Source: Octopus sinensis
Taxonomy: Eukaryota
Direction: 5' to 3'
NCBI RefSeq assembly: GCF_006345805.1
Contig: NC_042997.1
Coordinates: 125,550,001 to 125,614,000 of the forward strand
Length of the DNA stretch: 64,000 nucleotides
Shown piece by piece: positions 37,790 to 52,233 of the stretch. Each line of letters starts with the position of its first letter. Position 1 is the first letter of the stretch. The position numbers and the translations under genes are program-made. Below the pieces are notes generated by a model. The model had not been told where the DNA came from and searched no databases. It saw nothing but the letters and a program-made list of their open reading frames with translations.

Positions 37790-39063
37790 ATTGAAGTTTA
37801 TACAGTAGAAGTCTAAAATTTCATAACTGGTTATTGATATGTGATGTTTCATTATTTTTTAATCACATTTTCTTTGTTTCTGATAAAGTTAACATATCAA
37901 AATGGCATTTATGAAAGAAAAATCACAATGTGTTTTGTGGTTTCATGAAACTAAATCGCCAATTCCTGTTCTACGAAATTTTAGAAAAGACTATAGCCGA
38001 AATCCCCCAGGTGCTAAAAGCGTCAAGAACTGGTATAACAAATTCAAAGACTCCAGTAGCGTTGATGACCGCAAAAGAACTGGCAGGCCACGATATAGTG
38101 AAGGGATTGTTGATGTTGTGCGTACTGCTTATAAACGTATCCTTAGGAAATCAACTCGCAGAGTTTCAAGAGAACTAAGAGTTTCACAGCCAACCATTTT
38201 CAAGATTTTGCACAAACGTCTGAAACTTCGGGCATACAAAGTGCATATCGTTCAAACTTTGAAACCTAACGATCTTCCCAAACGTGCTGCTTTTGCTGAA
38301 GAAATTCTTAACAGAATCGATACGAACAATGGCTATCTTTGACGTGTTGCGTCTTCTGATGAGGAAACTTTTCACATATCAGGAAAAGTTAACAAACACA
38401 ATGTAAGAATACGGGCATCGGAGAACCCACACATTGTTGTAGAGCACAAAAGAGACAACTGTAAGGTTAATGTCTGGTGCTACCTGATGCATGACAAGGT
38501 CACTGGACCTTTCTTTTTTGTTGAGTTCACTATTTCAGCAAACGTTTACCAGGACATGCTGGAACATTATGCTCTACCTCGGCTTGAGTAATTTCAGCCA
38601 TCTATAGTTTTCCAAGATGGGGCCCCTCCACACTGATGTATATGTGTCCGTCAACTTTTGAATAAAACCTTTCCAAACAGGTGGATTGAAAGAGGTGGAC
38701 CAACACCATGGCCTCCACGTTCACCAGACATTACCCCACTAGACTTTGGTGGGGCAGGTATCTGAAGGACAAAGTGTACAGTACACAAGTTCACGATCTT
38801 CAGTATCTAAAGGACAGGATTGCTGAAGCAATTTCATCAGTAACAATTGATATGCTTCAGAAGACATGGCGTGAAATTGAATATCAATTTGATGTGCTCC
38901 GAGCCACAAAAGGGACCCATGTTGAAGTTTACTGAATTTCATTTTATGTGAATAAAAACTTCTAGGCAGATGCGTTAAGTGTACCAAAAGCTGTTTTTGT
39001 ATCTTGAAAATTTTTTTGTTCTGTATAGGTTTATAATCAGAGGAAGACTTTGTAATCACCCTG
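37790..39063 (+). mobile_element. rosa/DD41D-type Tc1-mariner transposon, inactivated
   Basis: SDE...QDGAPPH...WPPRSPDITPLDF with 41 codons between the QDG and PLDF aspartates. Right TIR ...ctttgtaatcaccctg + TA; left TIR not found. Confidence 0.88.
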
Positions 39064-39073
39064 TATATATAGA

Positions 39074-39790
39074 CGCAGGCGTGGCTGTGTGGTAAGAAGT
39101 TTGTAAGAAGATTTATGTTAAAATGGCCCGACTTGGCACCGTCCAGGTGCTTGAATGAGGCGAGGAGCCTGGTCGGGCATGACAGTTTATAATTGATAAT
39201 AAAGGTAAGAGGCTTAGTGCCTCATTTTTGTTATTGAATTTTGCAAAAATTTAAGAGGTTTATTGCCCAGTGAATGAAATATAAAAGAGCAATGTTCTCG
39301 GGTAAGTAGCGATCAGCAGGCGTTGCTTGTTGCCCTCATTTATCATCATTTTCATTTGTCATTTCATATAACACTATGTCTATGCCCAGCCCGTAGCTTC
39401 CCTTCTATGTAAGGCCTTTATGGCCAATATAATGAATAAAAGAAGTTTGTTTTCCAGTCGCATGGTTCTGATTTCAGTCCCACTGCGTGGCATGACGGGT
39501 AAGTGTCTTCTCCTATAGCGTCGGACTGACCAAAGCATTTTTGAGTGGTTGTGATGGTTGAGGAGAAAACTGAATGAAGCCCGTCTCATTCATATGTGTG
39601 TGTGCGTGCGTTTCTTCGTCTCCCACCACTGATGTGTATACGTGCCCGTATCTTAGCGGTTCGGTAAAAGAGACTGATAGAATAAGTACCTGGCTTTAAA
39701 AAATAAGTACCGGAGTCAATGCATTCGAGTAAAATTCTTCAAGACAATGCCCCAGTTTGGTCGCAGTCTAATGACTGAAAAAGTAAATGA
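39074..39790 (+). mobile_element. SINE family A interrupted in its head
   Basis: Head gcaggcgtggctgtgtggtaagaagtttg resumes at 39450. Confidence 0.85.
39104..39439 (+). mobile_element. 336-bp insertion with 10-bp TSD, probably a 5'-truncated LINE 3' end
   Basis: aagaagtttg at 39094-39103 and 39440-39449; ends in aatgaataa. Confidence 0.7.
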
Positions 39791-40299
39791 TAAAAAGATA
39801 TATATAATCTTTTTTAATTAAAGATTTTTCGTATTTTCTCATTCGCCCTCTCTATTTTATTCTGGGTTATTACTATACTTATAGTTAAAAGAACTAATAT
39901 ATAATACACATGATAACGTTTATTATTGCTGTAAAGGATAACTGAAAAGGTGTCCCCGAGAACTTGGTTCCAATACGTTGAGGATCGCAGTTTTGATCCA
40001 CGCTGGAATTAATTAATATTATTAAAGCTGGTGACATCTCTCACAACACAAACGTTCTTCATACAGAACTTCTTTTAAGAATAAATATATTCTCATACAA
40101 GTCTATACTTATAATGATTTCCGTAATTCTCTTCACTTCTTTGATTGCCATTCTTATAACAGCTGGAGTAGACTCACAGAATTCCATAAACTCTTTGAAG
40201 CCAACAAGGCAACTTATGATCTCGCTAATAATTGTCTCACATTAAGATTCCTGCGCGACTTCAAATCGCCGCATATTGTTGAACATTACAAGCCACTGA

Positions 40300-40735
40300 C
40301 GTAACCACGTTCACCACCACCACTAACACCTCCACACCCCCATCGTAACTAACCTCACTACCATCAACGCCCCCATAATTGACCTCTCTACCATCAACAC
40401 CACCATAATTGACCTCACTACCATCAACATCACCAATGAACACGCATCACCCCACCAGCATCATCCTCTTCACCCACTTCCCCAATCACCACCAACAACA
40501 CCTTCATTACCTATGCCAACACCACCGTCACCACTACTAACACCATCACCACTACCGACAACAACAACAGCAGCGGCAACAACAACATGTTTATGACAAC
40601 CATGTACACCGCCAACCCCAATATAACCACCATCGTCACCACCGTCCCTACCAAGAGAATCACTGCCACTGCCACCAACACTAAGCATCACAAACACCAC
40701 CATCATAATCAGCAACACCACCAAAGCCACCACGT
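40300..40735. repeat. ACC-rich low-complexity tract with a 30-bp minisatellite (40351-40435)
   Basis: About 3 copies of gacctc(a/t)ctaccatcaacaccaccataatt. Confidence 0.85.
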
Positions 40736-41383
40736 AGTCGTTCAGTCTGCTTGAAATAGCCGACAAATCTCCCTCAAACAAGACCGCACTATATAAATTA
40801 TTATAGGAGGGACATATTGAACAAAAGAGTCCAAGATACACAGTGTCTGAAATGAAAGATGGAATGGTGATGGCCGTAATGCCTTTGATCGTAGGTGCGT
40901 TCGATCAGGGCTGATGCAGTTCTAAGCAACAATAACAGCAACAACAACTATAAAATATGTATTTCCAACAAACGCTCTAAGAGTATATTACCATATATTA
41001 TTATTTCCTGGCATGTATATCTTTTGTGTGTGCTTATTGAAGAATGAAGAGCAATAGTGGATGAACAGCGAAAATCTTTACCAAATATATTTATTGCAAA
41101 TATCCCGTATTTATAAATCAGGCTGAAATCTCTCTCTAACCAATATATATTTCCTTTATTATAACTTTAACAGAAATAATACTCCGATCCACCTTCCATA
41201 ACACATAATCATTGACAGCACAATATTATATAGAAACATATTGGAGGGGAAGCCTTTCGCATTTCTTTCTAGAACAAAAGTTGGTGTTGTTGTTATTGTT
41301 AGTGTTTAGCCTCTGGCTAACGCTGGTTGAGCTGATATATGGAGCATGGTCTTTCAGTTAGCTAGTTCGATCCTCATCAATCA

Positions 41384-41620
41384 TTGGCATTCTACAAAGC
41401 TCAGGTACGGCTCACAATGAAGTATTATTCTCACGTCTGGGGCGATGTTACTACTTCAATCGCAGACATACTAAAACGTGTCCAGAAAAGTTCCATTGAA
41501 CTGACTGAACAAAAGCAACTCAAAGAAAAACTCCAGCCTCTAATCCGCAAGTGCTTTGTCTCCTCTCTCAGCATTTTCTACCGCTTCTATAATAGCCTTG
41601 GCTCCTCGGAACTGGTAACG
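41384..41620 (+). pseudogene. CR1/Jockey-group LINE C-terminal fragment
   Basis: FYKAQVRLTMKYYSHVWG...LKRVQK...LQPL...VSSLSIFYRFY. Confidence 0.75.
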
Positions 41621-42142
41621 CTCAAACATTCCCGACTCTTTTCTTTCTCCTCTCCTCGTCCTGCTTGCTGCACATCCTTCCCTAATCCCCCCCCCCAATC
41701 AATACACCCATTCCTTTTTCCTGGAATTTCACCCCAACCAGAATTCACTCACTGCCTGCGTCTTTCTCACATAATTATTTTCTCCTCTAATTGTGCTGTC
41801 CTCGTTTCGAAAATTGATTAGTCCTAAATTTAGATTGATCTTCTTTATTCCTTGAGTTACTCCCTTGTTATATAGTGTGTGTATAAGGCGATTACTTCTG
41901 GGATATACTTTAATATATCTTACCTGAAGGATAACGCAGGTGCAGTTAGATTGATTATCAACATCAAAAGTGAAACCGGTATGCAATAATATATTTTAGG
42001 ATTTGTAATAATGCATTTTGAAATAAACTTAATGTAATAATGCGGTTTTTTCTTTAATAATCAAATTAATTAAAATACAAAAGGAGTTGTGCATTTTATT
42101 CTCTAATATCTTTTCTATATCTCGTTACTTGTAAGTTTTTCT

Positions 42143-43638
<1,496 letters not shown>

Positions 43639-44323
43639 GTTACACTAAAGTGTCTTATTTATTGATTCGTAAATAAGGATCGATATAAAATTGGCGTATA
43701 CGTGAGTGTACGAGCATGTATCATTATATACGCGCCCGTGTGCGTGACGACTATGTTTCTTTGTTTTTGGTGTATTGATGTTCGTGTTTGTGCTTGAGTA
43801 TGTGTGAATTCATGAATGTTTTCAATATAGACGTCCCAATTGTGAAATTTTTTCCACTATTTAACTGACAAATAGAATTGTATTCAAACGAGACATCGTT
43901 ACATTTCTGACAATGACCATCATGCGTATAACATTCTAAAGTGAAACGTGTAAAGTGATTTATTTCAGCTGGAAATACAAATTACAGTTTAATGTAATTT
44001 AGCGAATAGGAAATATTTTTACATTTTCTAATATTTCTTTCATTAATAACATGCAGAGGGTTCTCTGTTTCTATTGAAGCTTATTTATTTGTTTATTACA
44101 GAAAATACCTTATTTTATTTTCCCGCCACCCGCCATTTTCTCTGCTACCTTTAGATTTGCTTTGGAACCAATTTAATAGAAAATTGATTTTGGTTTAGCT
44201 TTATTTTTCGGATGTTTTCTTTCCTTGTCATTTCCTATAACCATTTCGTTTTATTGTTTTTCGGTCTCTTTTTACTTTATTTTTACACTTGGCTAAACAA
44301 GAATAAATAAAGATCCTTCATAT

Positions 44324-44372
<49 letters not shown>

Positions 44373-45144
44373 ATTGTATGTTGTATGAGTTTGTTATATT
44401 ATGAAATCAATCCGGGATTTAAAGAATAATAAATTCTTTTTGACAACCGCTTCATTCATGGATACATTGTAACCGACTCGAGAAAAAAATTAAGACAGAA
44501 TCTTTTAAATAGTTCTTGTTGAGAACAGGAGAAAGTAGAAGAAATAAAGAATAAGTGTGATAAAAATGTGAATTTTGTTTTATATTTTTCCATATAATAT
44601 GTGTTTTCTGCAACGCAAATAGCACATAGATTTCCCACTAAACCTGTAGCTCTTCACTCGGCGTTTTATATTTTTCTCCGGCGTTTCTTTGCAAAAATCA
44701 GATAAAATGAGCGGTTTACTTTCACGTAAGATGTTTTAGTGTCTTCCGTTTTTTCACTCATTATTTCTTTACATATTTTCATATTCAAATATTCAATTCT
44801 ATTTTGTCTATTTATTTTCTATTCTTTTTTTCATTTATGGAAACGTGTGGCAAGCAAGGAGATAAACCACATTAATTATTTTGAATTTTTCCTTGCTATT
44901 ATATTATTCAGTGCCAAATCTTTACATTGAAATACACAATTATAACAAATTCAACATTCATTTTACTTATTTTTCGTTGTTAAAATCATTTCTCTTTTAC
45001 TTGCAGCTATGTGCGTGTGCGTGCGTGTGTGCTTGCGTGCGTATATGCGTGTATATATATATATATATATATATAAACGTACGATGTGTACATACATACA
45101 TACCACATGTAAATATATATTAACATATATTCATATATATATAT

Positions 45145-45187
<43 letters not shown>

Positions 45188-45334
45188 GTGTATGCATATA
45201 TACATATATATATATAGATATCAGTATATATATACATACATTCACAAACATGTAATTTTACGAATGTACATATATATATATATATGTATGTACGTATGTA
45301 TGTGTATGTATGTATGTATATACAATATGCATGC

Positions 45335-45397
<63 letters not shown>

Positions 45398-45508
45398 TAT
45401 ATATATTTCTATATATATAAATGCATCCATATATTTTGATTTTAACATATTTTCTCCATTTTTATACTTGTTTATGGTATCTTTATACCTATAACAAATT
45501 TTTTCAAT

Positions 45509-45554
<46 letters not shown>

Positions 45555-47852
45555 AACTTCGAATTCTTCCACTTTTTAATAATTTCAACTCGCTGAAGTA
45601 AATTTGCTCATCCTTAACAAAGAAATAGCTTTAAAGAAATAAAATTAAAATGAAATAAGCCAAAATAAACCTTAAAAAGTTTGGTGTATATTGCTTCCTA
45701 AATAGTAGTTTAGAAAAATAAGAAAAGATACCGCAAGAATTACAGGATGGCTTATTTTTTTACGTACACCATTATATAGTGTCTGTGGTTATAATATGTG
45801 CAATATATTTTATATATAGAACTTTCTTATAGAATCTACGAGAGTATTGAATATATACTATATGTAAAAGCATTATTTAGCAGGTGAAAGTCTGTTGCAT
45901 GATGTATTTAACTGTGTAAATGCATGTGATGATATTCAGTATTTTAGTATTGAAGAGTGACAAAGATATTTATGATTGAAGTCTGGTAGAAAGACACAGT
46001 GAACGAGGTGAAATATATAGAAAGAAATATTACTTTCAAAGAGCAAAGGCCGTTAGAGATCGGAAGAAAGAAAAAATGAGAAAGGACAAAACACTGCAAG
46101 AGTAGAGTGGTATTAAGTAAAATATTGCCTTTCAACCAGAAAAATGTCTTTTTTCTTCAGTATCATGAATACGCGTGCATCCGGTTATCTACGTGCTTTT
46201 GTATGTGTGTATGTGCGTGTATCTGTTGTATCTCACTTCGTTTATGAGCAACACACTATATTTGATGTATGGGCATTTGTCTGAATTTGGGCACATGTAT
46301 GCCTTTTAGAGGATCTGCAACTGTTCAAACTTGAAATATTATAGCTATGTTACATCTGTGTTTTCAATACGATCATGATTGATTGTAAAATTATAAAATC
46401 TATCAAATGCGTAGACTGAAAGGATTTTAGCTGTGCATTGTACATAAACAATGAAGGTTTATTGCTGAATGTTGTACTTTCTTACATGTTTTTGTGGCTT
46501 TGTGTAGAAATCATTTTCCAAATTCTCATTAAAATGTATTTCGGATATTTTTAGATGTGAAGACGTACAAAACATTGAGAAAAGCGGAGTATTTATGAGA
46601 CCTGTAGAGAAAAGGAGAGGGGAAATGGCGGTAGTTAGAGTGGAGCATGTCATCTTGTCGTTTTTATTATGGATAAAGATGAGAGTAGGTAGTGGATACA
46701 GAAATGAAAGAAAAATTGCTTTTAAAGAGCATATGAGTAAATATAGATCTAAGACAGTTGATAGTTTGACTCTGATGCAAAATACAACTGATTGGAAACT
46801 GCTAATCTAGATTAGTAAACGCTAAATAAAGTCGTAGGACGGTTTAACATGAGATTTTAAAGCCGCATGATAAAACATTGTTAATAAATAATAGTTTCTA
46901 CCTACGCCCTTAATATCCTTTCTACTATAGGCACAAGGCCTGAAATTTTGGGGGAAGAGGCAAGTCGATTACATCGACCCCAGTACTCAACTGGTACTTA
47001 CCTACGTTCTTAATATCAGGGCTGATGTCTGCGAAGTCAAAATTTCCAGAAATTACAGATTTTTTTTTTATGAAGCACATTGTCTCTGCCAAAGAGAACG
47101 ACATTACTGTTAAAGTACAAACTTTGAAACCATTATATTATAGAAAATACCCAACATAACTTGCATAAACACCCAGCGTCAGCAGTGGAAACACCAAACG
47201 TCTGTTGTTGAAACAACCAGCATCTGTTCCACAAATAAAAAGAAAAATTCCTGTTGCTGGAACCCCAAGTATCTATAGTTAAAACACCTTTCATTATTAT
47301 CTAAAACACCTAAAGTCTGTAGCTGAAACTACCCAACATCTGTTGCTAAAACCACACAACATTTATTATTAAAACCACAAAAACATCTATTATTGAAAGT
47401 ACCTACATTTTTTCTTCTTTCACTTTCACTTCACTTTTACTACAACACAAAACCAAATGTTCCCCCATATGTGTTTCAAATGATATTAGCATGAAGGAAG
47501 CAGTCATGTGACTTACACTGTAAAAGGCTCCTTTATAGACACAGGAAAGTGTATTTCAACATAATAGGTAATTAACGATATTTATCGAAATTAAATAGTT
47601 ATTAAGTATCGATTTTTCGATAAATACACCATTATATTTGAAATGATCGATCGAATGCTCTATTCCGTGTTCATTCGATCACTCACTGTTGGTTTGAGAT
47701 TTTAATAATTAACGAAATCGCTTTATTGTCAATGGAAGTTGGTAATTTTTCCTTTTTTTTTCTTTTTTTTTCTCTCGCGGAATTACAGAAAACTCCACTG
47801 AAATAGTCTGAAGAGTATCACACAGTTACCTGCTTCTATAAACTTAAACGAC

Positions 47853-47911
<59 letters not shown>

Positions 47912-48111
47912 CAACAACAACAACAATAACAACAGCAACAATAGCAACAGAATTATAAGAATAATAACAACCTCAACAAAAAAAGTTATGCTATTTTCCC
48001 GCGGCAGTTTCATTCATATCTAAATTAAATAAAAGGCGGATGGGGGATTTTTACGCAAATATACTGTGAAACATTTAAAACAGAGATAAGAATGACAACT
48101 GTACCTGCAAT

Positions 48112-48114
48112 TGA

Positions 48115-48173
<59 letters not shown>

Positions 48174-48260
48174 CGAGCAACGAGCAGCAGCTGCAGTAGT
48201 AGAAGTAGTGGTAGTAGTAGTAGTAGTAGTAGTAGTAGCAGCAGCAGCAGCAGTAGTAGT

Positions 48261-48292
<32 letters not shown>

Positions 48293-48377
48293 TAGTACGA
48301 GCAGTAGTAGTAGTAGTACGAGCAGCAGTTGCAGTAGTAGTAGTGGTAGTAGTAGTAGTAGTAGTAGTAGCAGCAGA

Positions 48378-48432
<55 letters not shown>

Positions 48433-48437
48433 CGAGC

Positions 48438-48474
<37 letters not shown>

Positions 48475-48500
48475 ATGCAGTAGTAGTAGTAGTAGTCACG
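48112..48500. repeat. (TAG)n/(CAG)n compound trinucleotide array with higher-order blocks
   Basis: Recurring tacgagca interruptions at ~48172, 48296, 48316 and 48431. Confidence 0.9.
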
Positions 48501-49068
48501 GTTATGGTGGAGGTGGTAGTCGTCGTCGTCGCAGTGGTGGTGGTACCATTATTTTAAAATATAATAGCTCATTAAAATACTCAAGCAATTATTACCGCTG
48601 CCTTTCACCTACTACTGCTATTATTATGGACACTACTACCTGCCGCTACAAAAAGCGACCAAATGTCGCTAAAATCAAACACTATTGTCGTAGAAAACGA
48701 AGATGTTGGACAAAGAATTCCTAGTTACACGAAGGGGATGTCATGAACAGGATGCCATTAATCAAATTCTTGCTTGATCAAGGTTGACATTCGATTAGAG
48801 TGGGGGAGCTGCAGGCGAAACCGACGCTGCCATTAACGTTCTTCAATCGTTTCACGTCAACGGTTGCCGGAAAGACAGGTGCAGAGACATAATTCCAAAG
48901 AACCAGCATCCTAAGATAGACTATCTGAGCACAGTGGTTCGTACAGGACATAGGAGATGGAAACAGCACGAGTAACGATATATGTTGGGACGAGCAAATG
49001 AGGAACTCTTGATACAAGGTGTGGTATAACACCAACCATATCCATGAAGAAGGAACCTTTGTAATACC

Positions 49069-49294
49069 TATTTCTTTACTACCCACAAGGGGCTAAACAC
49101 AGAGAGGACAAACAAGGACAAACAAACGGATTAAGTCGATTATATCGACCCCAGTGCGTAACTGGTACTTATTTAATCGACCCCGAAAGGATGTAAGGCA
49201 AAGTCGACCTCGGCGGAATTTGAACTCAGAACGTAGCGGCAGACGAAATACCGCTAAGCATTTCGCCCAGCGTGCTAACGTTTCTGCCAGTTCG
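49069..49294 (-). mobile_element. SINE family B monomer (tail X) with 10-bp TSD
   Basis: ttgtaatacc at 49059-49068 and 49295-49304. Confidence 0.92.
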
Positions 49295-49434
49295 TTGTAA
49301 TACCGTTAGGAAAATGAGAGGGAGGGGACGGTACAGCTGAGAGTCAGCGGTCAGAATGTGTCTGTGAGCGATTTTATGTCAATCAGTGGAGTAACCTCCC
49401 TTTCGATACCATCTTGGATATCCTGTGTGTAGCA

Positions 49435-49619
49435 GCAGGGCGTGGCTGTGTGGTAAGAAATTTGCTTCCCATCCACATGATTCCGGATTCTGCCCCACAG
49501 CGTGACACCTTGGGCAAGAGACTTCTGTTACAGACTCATGCCGACCAAAGCCTTGTAAGTGGATTTGGTAGACGAAACTGAAAGAAACCCGCCGTATGTG
49601 TGTGTGTGTGTGAGTATGT

Positions 49620-49677
<58 letters not shown>

Positions 49678-49870
49678 TCCCCATCACCGCTTGATAACCG
49701 GTATTAGTTTGTTTACCTCCCCGTAACTTAGTGGTTCGGCAGAAGTGACCGATAGAATATGTACCAGACTTAACAAAAAAAATAAGTACTAGTGTCGATT
49801 CGTTCAACTAAAATTCTTCCAAAGGATGGCCCTGCATGGTCGCAGTCTAATAACTGAAATAAATAAAAGA
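49435..49870 (+). mobile_element. SINE family A, diverged full length
   Basis: Matches the A consensus with (TG)n centre. Confidence 0.85.
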
Positions 49871-50159
49871 TAAAATATAAAAGATATCCCAGACCTGGAA
49901 GCAATGCGCCATGGTGTTTTTTCCAATCCTTAATAGTTATGTCTGGGAGATTAGCTTTTTTATTTCTTTGTCAGTTTGAATAGATATATCTTATATTATT
50001 ATTATCATTTCTTTTTACTTTTAATCTGCATGTTTGTCACAGTCACTTGCCGAGACACACTCAGTGTCCTGGGGCGAGTTGAGGATTAGAGATATTACAG
50101 TATGACTGAAGGCTTCGGGAGGGGAAGTAGCGAAATATCTTCATATAATACAACACAAT

Positions 50160-50715
50160 CATTTAAATAGATAGGATTTTTCTAAGGATGTGGGCAGTAC
50201 TAGTCAGTAAAAAAACTTTTGGATTTCTCTGAGATATGGTTCTCCTGGAATCTGATCTAGATGTTTCTGACATACCTTTTTTTATCATACCTAGGGCACC
50301 TACAATAACAGCAATAGTTCTCATTTTAAGATGCCACATCTTTTGCATTTCAATTTCCATTATTATTATTTATTTTTTTTTTCCTTCTTTCAAATTTGCT
50401 TCCATTTCTTGCCGAGTGTCTTCCCGACCCCTAGGGCAAAGAAACTCATAGTATACATTGGTAGGCCATTAAACCAAACTCAATAGTTCGTTCATTTTTT
50501 TTTTTTAAGTTGCACAGCTATTCGTGCATGACATTCACCAAATATATTGATCCAGTAGCCTTGAACTCCATCTAGTCCCAGGGCCTTCCAGTTACTCTTT
50601 TTTTTTTTTGCTGATTTCCTTCACTTCCCTAACTGAAATAACTAGTTCTCCCTGTTTGGACAGACTACTATTTGTTTCAGTTCTAGCCTGATTGAAGGAG
50701 GGTGGCAGTCAATCC
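50160..50715 (-). pseudogene. R4/Dong-like (RLE) non-LTR element fragments
   Basis: NWKALGLDGVQGYW (pre-RT region) at ~50520-50600 and EIEMQKMW...VIVGALG...TAHILRK (RLE C-terminus) at 50163-50360. Confidence 0.75.
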
Positions 50716-51128
50716 TCACTACAGACTCGGTCGACAGACGGATCCGTCCCACACGTGACAGCAGCTGTTCAACATCACCCCACAAATCAGCAATGCCCCG
50801 ACACTGAACGAGGACGTGCAGAACGGTTTCGTGATTCTACGCGCACTTCGGACAAGTCCGTCTGACAGCACATCCGTACCTGTAGAGTTTATTATGAACA
50901 GGTAGCGAATCCCGGTAGCACTGCCAGGCCAAGGACATCTGGAAATTATCCATGATAGCTCCCGACCGGAAGTCCTCCAGAACAAACTAGTAAGTTCGTT
51001 CTCGTCGGCACCCAGAGTACCCCCTGAGAACATCGTCGCACTTCCCCGCTACTATTCCTCTGTGTGCCTTGGGCATGTGATGTTGTTGTTGTTGTTGGTG
51101 GTGGGGGGTGTTGTTATTATTATTATTA

Positions 51129-51174
<46 letters not shown>

Positions 51175-51254
51175 GACGTCGCACAGAATACAATATCGTG
51201 AGGTTATTGATTGAAGATATTGTGTTTACCGGGGATTTGTATTGTTTGTCAAGT

Positions 51255-51580
51255 CACAACAAGGACCTCAGACAGACAGTACTTTACGCAATATGCGTGC
51301 AGTTCCAAGTAATGCCGACTTTTGCAATACATTAAGATTGTAGGGTATCTCTAAGGTTTTCAGATTTTTTTTCAGATTGGATGGTATTGAACCCAGTGCT
51401 CCGATGACAATAGGCATCACTTAAATGTTCAACTCTCGTAGCTGCCAGATCTTAGCAATCTCAGTTCTCAGGTCTCTATATTTATTAACTTTTTCTCTTT
51501 CTTTCATGATGATATGTTGATCTCCTGGTGCTGCTACGTCGATTATTAGGCACTCTTGTTTGTCCCTCCTATCATTATTA
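51255..51580 (-). pseudogene. Second R4/Dong-like RLE C-terminal fragment
   Basis: LIIDVAAPGD...KVNKYRDL...IVIGALG...LLGTAHILRKVL. Confidence 0.85.
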
Positions 51581-51584
51581 TTAA

Positions 51585-52165
51585 GGCGGTGAGCTGGCAG
51601 AAACGTTGGCACGCCGGGCGAAATACCTAGCGGTAGTTCAGCTGCCGGTACGCTTTGAGTTCAAATTCCGCCGAGGTCGACTTTGCCTTTCATCTTTTCG
51701 GGGTCGATAAATTAAGTACCAGTTACGCACTGGGGTCGATATAATTGACTTAATCCCTTTGCCTGTCCTTGTTTGTCCCCTCTGTGTTTAGCCCCTTGTG
51801 GGTAGTAAAGAAATGGGTATTTCAGCAGCCATTACGTTCTGAGTTCAAATTCCGCCGAGGTCGACTTTGCCTTTCATCCTTTCGGAGGTCGATTAAATAA
51901 GTACCAGTTACGCACTGAGAGTCGATATAATCGACTTAATCTGTTTGTCTGCCCTTGTTTGTCCTCTCTGTGTTTAGCCCCTTGTGGATAGTAAAGAAAT
52001 AGGTATTTCGTCTGTCTTTACGTTCTGCGTTCAAATTCTGTCGAGGTCGACTTTGCCTTTCATCCTTTCGGGGTCGATAAATTAAGTACCAGTTGTGTAC
52101 CCGGATCGATTTAATCAACTTGTCCCCTCATCCAAATTTCGGGCCTTGTGCCTATAGTAGAAAGG
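51585..52165 (+). mobile_element. SINE family B trimer (X, X, Y tails) ending in (ATT)n
   Basis: Restarts at ggtatttc at ~51815 and ~52002. Confidence 0.9.
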
Positions 52166-52168
52166 GTG

Positions 52169-52233
<65 letters not shown>

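Noticed and set aside
38350-38372. CTGATGA...GAAAC in the rosa element (and TCATCAG at ~56225 in Tc1)
   Set aside because: These are the codons for the SDE catalytic motif of the transposases.
48020-48557. Poly-Ser, poly-Leu and poly-Val/Ala ORFs
   Set aside because: Open frames of a (TAG/CAG)n array; no splice signals or complex coding sequence.
51585-52165. CRISPR-like reading of repeated SINE-B units
   Set aside because: Eukaryotic context; units are ~187 bp with homologous, not unique, intervening sequence; no cas genes.
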